NCBI RefSeq assembly: GCF_045037415.1
Contig: NZ_CP173438.1
DNA: 64,000 nt
Source: Escherichia coli
GTDB taxonomy: Bacteria > Pseudomonadota > Gammaproteobacteria > Enterobacterales > Enterobacteriaceae
Strand: one strand, 5' to 3'
Part shown: in pieces, positions 58,876-64,000 of the stretch
Layout of the letters: each line of letters begins with the position of its first letter
How positions within the stretch are numbered: the stretch's first letter is position 1
Notes under the pieces: generated by a model
The model's input: the letters and a program-made list of their open reading frames with translations, nothing else
The model's database searches: none
What the model was told of the DNA's origin: nothing
Position numbers and translations under genes: made by a program

Positions 58876-59920
58876 CAAATAACCGAAGTATTACTTGCAG
58901 TAATCGGGGGAAGCATCCGGGGTTTTATTCAACAGGCTGTAGATCACTGACTGCGTCTGTTGGCCGTCCACTTCACGCGTCATTCGACCAGAGTAAATAT
59001 TGATGATTACTAGATTCGTGTATTTTATCAGGCATTTTACTTGCGAATAAATCCCCTTGCTATCCAGCGAAACCACACAGGTAGCTATTACCATATGTGG
59101 TAATACACTAGTTACAGGAAAAATATGCAAGTTCCGCAATACGTTGTGTGTTGCTCCTTAGCCAGGATCTTTTCTTCCATGCGAGATATGACAACAATTT
59201 TGAGGAAGGATGTTCGTAACTGGTAGAGTTACTACAACAAGCATGGGAGGCTCTGACTCTGACAGACATTGTACTGTGGAATGTTGTTACAGGTTGGGGC
59301 GGCAACCGTGCCAGGAAACCATGAGCCGTTCACGGCATTAAAGGCCACACTTCAGTCGTTTACATTCCCTATGGTGGCAGGCATCTTCCATTAAGGCGTC
59401 AGAGCGTTACCAACGTTATGTTGTCATGGCTCATCTTTCATAGTCGATGCTTATCTGGTGGCTGAAGCTAGCCGCAGATAAAGAGTGTGAAGTTGATACC
59501 ATGGAGTGGAGTGACGTGCAGGCAGGAGATTCGCTCTATGCAGGGTTGTGAGATGAATTCAAACCGGCTGGCAGCGCCAGTGATATTCGAAGATTCGTCC
59601 GGTTGTTACCCAGTATGCATTAAAAACCCATACATTATGGACAATATAACGGCTTCTACAACAAGGAAGTGCCTGTTTACCATCCGGGTGTAATGACTCA
59701 CCTTTGTGGGCTTTTGCCCGTCGCGCTCTTAACGTTGAAGACATTCTCTGCCTGCCGATTCAGGACTGCGACAAAAGCCATATCTGGCTACTGGTCAAGG
59801 ATGACCAGCGTCTGGAGTAGGTGATAAGCCAAATAGATAAGCTGGAATATGTGGTGAAAGTGCAACGTAATCAGTCCAACCCGACGATGTTTAACAAGAT
59901 TGTGGTGTTTTTTCAGTAAG

Positions 59921-60703
59921 TCATTCGTCTTCTGAATCAGGTGTAATGATCTTTACAGAACCATTCTGGCAGTGCGTAACATAATCTGCCGGTAACGGAC
60001 GATCGCTAATCAGAACGTCAAATGCAGAGATCGGTGCGAGGCTGGCAGAGGCCACTTCATCGAACAACGCGTGGCGGGCGAGCAAAATTTTCCGTAGTCC
60101 ACGGTTCATCGCTTTACGCTTAGTGGCAAGATCTTCAGGGTTAAACCAGCTGACGCCAAAGTGATTATGCACACCGCTGGCGGAAATAAATATTTTTCGC
60201 GGATTGAGAGAGTCTAATGGCGAAGAGTTACTGGCATCGTAAAAAGCATCACTTCTGGCACGATACGTACCACCACAAAGTATTGCTGTTACATTAGGCT
60301 TTTCATTCAACGCAACAAAGACGCGATGTGAGTAACAGATGCCGGTGAAGGTGATTGCATCCGGAATCATGCTTATAACGAGTGGTATCTCCTGGCCATT
60401 ATCAAAGAAGATCAGATCATTTTCATTAACCATTCCGGCAGCCAGAATTGCAATAGGTAAGTCATCACGATGATTTTTTGGAACGTCATGGATTACTGGC
60501 ATGGATGGCGCGGGTTTATTCACCATTACAATATAGCCACCCAGTAGGGTCAGTGGCAGAGGTTCATCTTCCTGATGGAGATCGCGACGAATAGTCATTA
60601 CAGAAACTTCCAGCATTCGCGCTGCGTCTTTCAAATGGATTCTGTCGGTTTTCTTAAGCAGTTCCATCAAACGTCGGATACGCTCTTTTTGCTTCGTTTC
60701 CAT
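59921..60703 (-). CDS. deoQ: DeoR-family transcriptional regulator (deoxyribose operon repressor type)
   Basis: 260 aa; N-terminal HTH (IHLKDAARMLEVSVMTIRRDL); divergent from the deoK-deoP genes. Confidence 0.7.
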   Translation of the reverse strand: METKQKERIRRLMELLKKTDRIHLKDAARMLEVSVMTIRRDLHQEDEPLPLTLLGGYIVMVNKPAPSMPVIHDVPKNHRDDLPIAILAAGMVNENDLIFFDNGQEIPLVISMIPDAITFTGICYSHRVFVALNEKPNVTAILCGGTYRARSDAFYDASNSSPLDSLNPRKIFISASGVHNHFGVSWFNPEDLATKRKAMNRGLRKILLARHALFDEVASASLAPISAFDVLISDRPLPADYVTHCQNGSVKIITPDSEDE

Positions 60704-61008
60704 CAACTCTCTCTCCGTAAGAATGTTATAAAAATAACATTTTGGCGTTAGTAAACATTGTTTTCATTACCATACTATACGACCGCCCCTTTGAAATGAA
60801 AAGGGTATAGGCTGCTGAGTTTTGGGCACTAATCTTGTTAGGTTGCTTATGATTAGATAGTGTTGGCCTGAGTGATGAGACTGGAAGTCTATTAAATAAA
60901 CATCGGGTTGATGTGCTAATCGCGATCTCAGTCACAAATGATGCAAAAGTAACATGCTAATGTTATTTAAATACCATTGTTATGCGAAAGTTTATAAGAG
61001 GTAGTGAA

Positions 61009-61929
61009 ATGGACATTGCAGTTATTGGTTCCAATATGGTGGATCTCATTACTTACACTAATCAGATGCCTAAAGAAGGAGAAACTCTGGAAGCACCTGC
61101 CTTCAAAATCGGATGTGGTGGGAAAGGTGCTAATCAAGCGGTGGCGGCGGCTAAATTGAATTCAAAAGTCCTGATGCTGACTAAAGTAGGTGATGATATT
61201 TTTGCGGATAATACTATTCGTAATCTTGAATCATGGGGAATTAATACCACTTATGTTGAGAAGGTCCCCTGTACCAGCAGTGGTGTTGCACCGATCTTTG
61301 TTAATGCCAACTCGAGCAATAGTATATTAATAATTAAGGGAGCGAATAAATTTCTTTCCCCGGAAGATATCGATCGAGCTGCAGAAGATCTGAAAAAATG
61401 CAAATTGATCGTTTTACAACTGGAAGTTCAACTGGAAACAGTTTACCACGCGATTGAGTTTGGTAAGAAAAATGGTATTGAAGTGTTATTAAATCCGGCT
61501 CCGGCATTGCGTGAGTTAGATATGTCTTATGCCTGCAAATGTGATTTCTTTATCCCGAATGAAACAGAACTGGAAATATTAACCGGTATGTCGGTTGATA
61601 CTTATGATCATATTCGTTTGGCCGCACGTTCGTTAGTTGATAAAGGGCTGAACAATATTATTGTTACCATGAGCGAAAAAGGCGCATTATGGATGACCCG
61701 CGATCAGGAAGTCCATGTTCCTGCATTCAAAGTAAATGCTGTTGATACTAGTGGCGCTGGTGACGCATTTATTGGTTGCTTTTCCCATTATTATGTTCAA
61801 AGCGGTGATGTTGAAGCCGCTTTGAAAAAAGCCGCTCTCTTTGCCGCTTTCAGCGTCACAGGGAAAGGTACGCAATCATCTTATCCGAGTATTGAACAAT
61901 TTAATGAATTTTTAACCTTAAACGAATAA
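61009..61929 (+). CDS. deoK: Ribokinase-family sugar kinase (deoxyribokinase-like)
   Basis: PfkB motifs GGKGANQAVAAA and DTSGAGDAF; ATG at 61009. Confidence 0.8.
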   Translation: MDIAVIGSNMVDLITYTNQMPKEGETLEAPAFKIGCGGKGANQAVAAAKLNSKVLMLTKVGDDIFADNTIRNLESWGINTTYVEKVPCTSSGVAPIFVNANSSNSILIIKGANKFLSPEDIDRAAEDLKKCKLIVLQLEVQLETVYHAIEFGKKNGIEVLLNPAPALRELDMSYACKCDFFIPNETELEILTGMSVDTYDHIRLAARSLVDKGLNNIIVTMSEKGALWMTRDQEVHVPAFKVNAVDTSGAGDAFIGCFSHYYVQSGDVEAALKKAALFAAFSVTGKGTQSSYPSIEQFNEFLTLNE

Positions 61930-61956
61930 TCATCCTGCACAGTTAAAGGTAGCACT

Positions 61957-63273
61957 ATGAACGATAAAAACATCATTCAGATGCCTGATGGGTATCTGAA
62001 TAAGACTCCCTTGTTCCAGTTTATTTTGTTATCGTGTTTATTCCCGCTATGGGGATGCGCAGCTGCATTAAATGACATATTAATCACTCAATTCAAAAGT
62101 GTATTTTCGCTAAGTAACTTTGCTTCAGCATTGGTGCAGAGCGCATTTTATGGAGGTTATTTTTTAATTGCAATACCAGCATCCCTTGTGATTAAAAAGA
62201 CCAGTTATAAGGTGGCAATTTTAATTGGCCTGACGCTGTATATTGGTGGTTGTACACTTTTTTTCCCTGCCTCGCATATGGCAACCTACACTATGTTCCT
62301 TGCAGCTATTTTTGCGATTGCGATTGGCCTGAGTTTCCTTGAAACTGCAGCGAACACATACAGTTCAATGATCGGTCCAAAAGCCTATGCCACATTGCGG
62401 CTCAATATCAGCCAGACCTTTTATCCGATTGGTGCTGCGTCTGGTATTTTATTGGGCAAATATCTGGTTTTCTCCGAGGGGGAAAGCCTTGAGAAGCAGA
62501 TGTCCGGAATGAACGCCGAGCAAATTCACAACTTTAAGGTGCTGATGTTAGAGAACACCCTTGAACCGTATAAGTATATGATTATGATTCTGGTTGTGGT
62601 CATGGTGTTGTTCCTTTTAACCCGCTTCCCAACCTGTAAAGTGGCACAGACAAGTCACCATAAACGCCCGTCAGCAATGGATACGCTGCGCTATCTGGCT
62701 AAAAATTCGCGCTTTCGTCGTGGTATTGTGGCTCAATTCCTTTATGTGGGTATGCAGGTCGCAGTATGGTCATTTACCATCCGTCTGGCACTGGAGTTGG
62801 GCGATATCAACGAACGTGATGCTTCAAACTTCATGGTCTACAGCTTTGCCTGCTTCTTTATTGGCAAGTTTATAGCCAACATCCTTATGACACGTTTTAA
62901 TCCGGAAAAAGTCCTAATTCTCTATTCCGTTATAGGGGCGCTGTTTCTGGCATATGTTGCACTGGCTCCAAGTTTCAGCGCGGTCTATGTCGCCGTCCTG
63001 GTAAGTGTTTTGTTTGGCCCTTGCTGGGCGACGATCTATGCAGGAACACTGGATACAGTTGATAATCAACATACAGAAATGGCAGGAGCAGTCATTGTTA
63101 TGGCTATTGTTGGCGCAGCGGTGGTTCCGGCAATTCAGGGGTATATTGCAGATATGTTCCACTCACTACAGCTTTCATTCCTGGTTTCTATGCTCTGTTT
63201 TGTCTATGTCGGTGTCTACTTCTGGCGTGAAAGCAAAGTACGTAATGCACTGGCTGAAGTCACAGAGTCCTGA
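61957..63273 (+). CDS. deoP: FucP-type MFS sugar:H+ symporter (deoxyribose permease-like)
   Basis: 438-aa 12-TM MFS protein with FucP-like features. Confidence 0.8.
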   Translation: MNDKNIIQMPDGYLNKTPLFQFILLSCLFPLWGCAAALNDILITQFKSVFSLSNFASALVQSAFYGGYFLIAIPASLVIKKTSYKVAILIGLTLYIGGCTLFFPASHMATYTMFLAAIFAIAIGLSFLETAANTYSSMIGPKAYATLRLNISQTFYPIGAASGILLGKYLVFSEGESLEKQMSGMNAEQIHNFKVLMLENTLEPYKYMIMILVVVMVLFLLTRFPTCKVAQTSHHKRPSAMDTLRYLAKNSRFRRGIVAQFLYVGMQVAVWSFTIRLALELGDINERDASNFMVYSFACFFIGKFIANILMTRFNPEKVLILYSVIGALFLAYVALAPSFSAVYVAVLVSVLFGPCWATIYAGTLDTVDNQHTEMAGAVIVMAIVGAAVVPAIQGYIADMFHSLQLSFLVSMLCFVYVGVYFWRESKVRNALAEVTES

Positions 63274-63284
63274 GGAGAATCGTT

Positions 63285-64000
63285 ATGAGTACGCGTATTT
63301 ATTTGTGGCGGGCGCTTTTTGGCGAAAAACCTCGTATCTTGCTGGAAAATAGTGATTTTACTGTCACGTCTTTTCGCTATGACAGTGGTGTCGAGGGGCT
63401 TAAAATTGCAAACAGTCGTGGACATTTAATTATTCTTCCCTGGATGGGGCAGATGATTTGGGATGCGCAATTTGATGGACACAGTCTCACCATGTGCAAT
63501 ATGTTTCGCCAGCCTAAACCGGCGACAGAGGTGATAGAAACCTATGGCTGTTTTGCCTTTCATTCAGGTTTGCTGGCTAATGGCTGCCCATCTGCGGAAG
63601 ATACTCATCTGCTACACGGTGAAATGGCCTGTGCCGCGATGGATGAAGCATGGATGGAATTAGAGGGAGATATGTTACGCCTTACCGGGCGTTACGAGTA
63701 TGTAATGGGGTTCGGGCATCATTATCTGGCTCAGCCAACAGTGGTCCTTCACAGATCCTCTACATTGTTCGATATTAAGATGGCCGTAACCAATCTGGCT
63801 TCTGTAGATATGCCACTACAATATATGTGCCACATGAATTATGCATATATACCAAATGCTACGTTCAGCCAGAATATACCGGACGAAATATTAAGGTTGC
63901 GTGAATCAGTACCTTCGCATGTTAATCCCACCGCTCAGTGGCTGGCGTTTAATCAACGGATTATGCAGGGAGAAGCCTCTCTGTCGACGCTGAATCAACC
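63285..64000 (+). CDS. deoX: DeoX-like protein (aldose-epimerase-like), 3' end outside window
   Basis: ATG at 63285, open to the window end; follows deoP as in the deoQKPX arrangement. Confidence 0.6.
   Translation, partial: MSTRIYLWRALFGEKPRILLENSDFTVTSFRYDSGVEGLKIANSRGHLIILPWMGQMIWDAQFDGHSLTMCNMFRQPKPATEVIETYGCFAFHSGLLANGCPSAEDTHLLHGEMACAAMDEAWMELEGDMLRLTGRYEYVMGFGHHYLAQPTVVLHRSSTLFDIKMAVTNLASVDMPLQYMCHMNYAYIPNATFSQNIPDEILRLRESVPSHVNPTAQWLAFNQRIMQGEASLSTLNQ

Noticed and set aside
59921-60706. Calling this DeoR-family regulator sgcR (K-12 synteny beyond yjhI)
   Set aside because: The adjacent genes are a ribokinase-family kinase and FucP-type permease (deoK/deoP context), not sgc genes; deoQ fits better.

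Overview
This window looks like an Escherichia coli/Shigella-type chromosomal accessory region. The flanks match the K-12 KpLE2 (leuX-linked) neighbourhood in reverse-complement orientation: yjhG (3' end), yjhF, yjhU at the left, and IS1-fecIRABCDE-yjhV fragment-IS911 further right. Between yjhU and IS1 lies a ~39 kb mosaic with no K-12 counterpart. In order: (1) a 5-methylthioribose/5-deoxyribose salvage (DHAP-shunt type) cluster, mtnK-mtnA-class II aldolase plus an apparently frameshifted GRP sugar porter; (2) a degraded GT2 glycosyltransferase; (3) a restriction island with a McrBC-family pair carrying an unusual N-terminal domain, then a ~579-aa HNH-motif endonuclease gene split by an IS911 insertion, convergent with an intact operon of an N6-adenine methyltransferase and a circularly permuted C5-cytosine methyltransferase; (4) an IS3-family remnant carrying a 62-bp mini IS21-end element, and a complete IS21-family element; (5) a CP4-44-like integrative-element module on the minus strand (YeeP-like GTPase, Ag43 with its Dam/OxyR GATC switch, DUF932, antirestriction, RadC-like, YeeT, CbeA/CbtA, YeeW-like) preceded by AlpA, an orphan 305-aa protein, a Gp2/HUH Rep-like protein and two tandem zinc-ribbon paralogs; (6) an IS66-family element, a secreted esterase-like protein, and IS1. 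Right of the fec operon are IS911 truncated by an IS600-like element, a BCCT transporter, a DUF2254 protein, a TetR regulator, an oxidoreductase fragment, and the deoQ-deoK-deoP-deoX deoxyribose operon (deoX runs off the window). A ~110-bp sequence occurs twice (38046-38151 and 58765-58875) with unrelated flanks. No rRNA, tRNA or CRISPR array was recognised. The most interesting candidate is the IS-disrupted type IIS-like restriction-modification module next to the divergent McrBC pair. All family assignments rest on motif reading and recall, not database searches.
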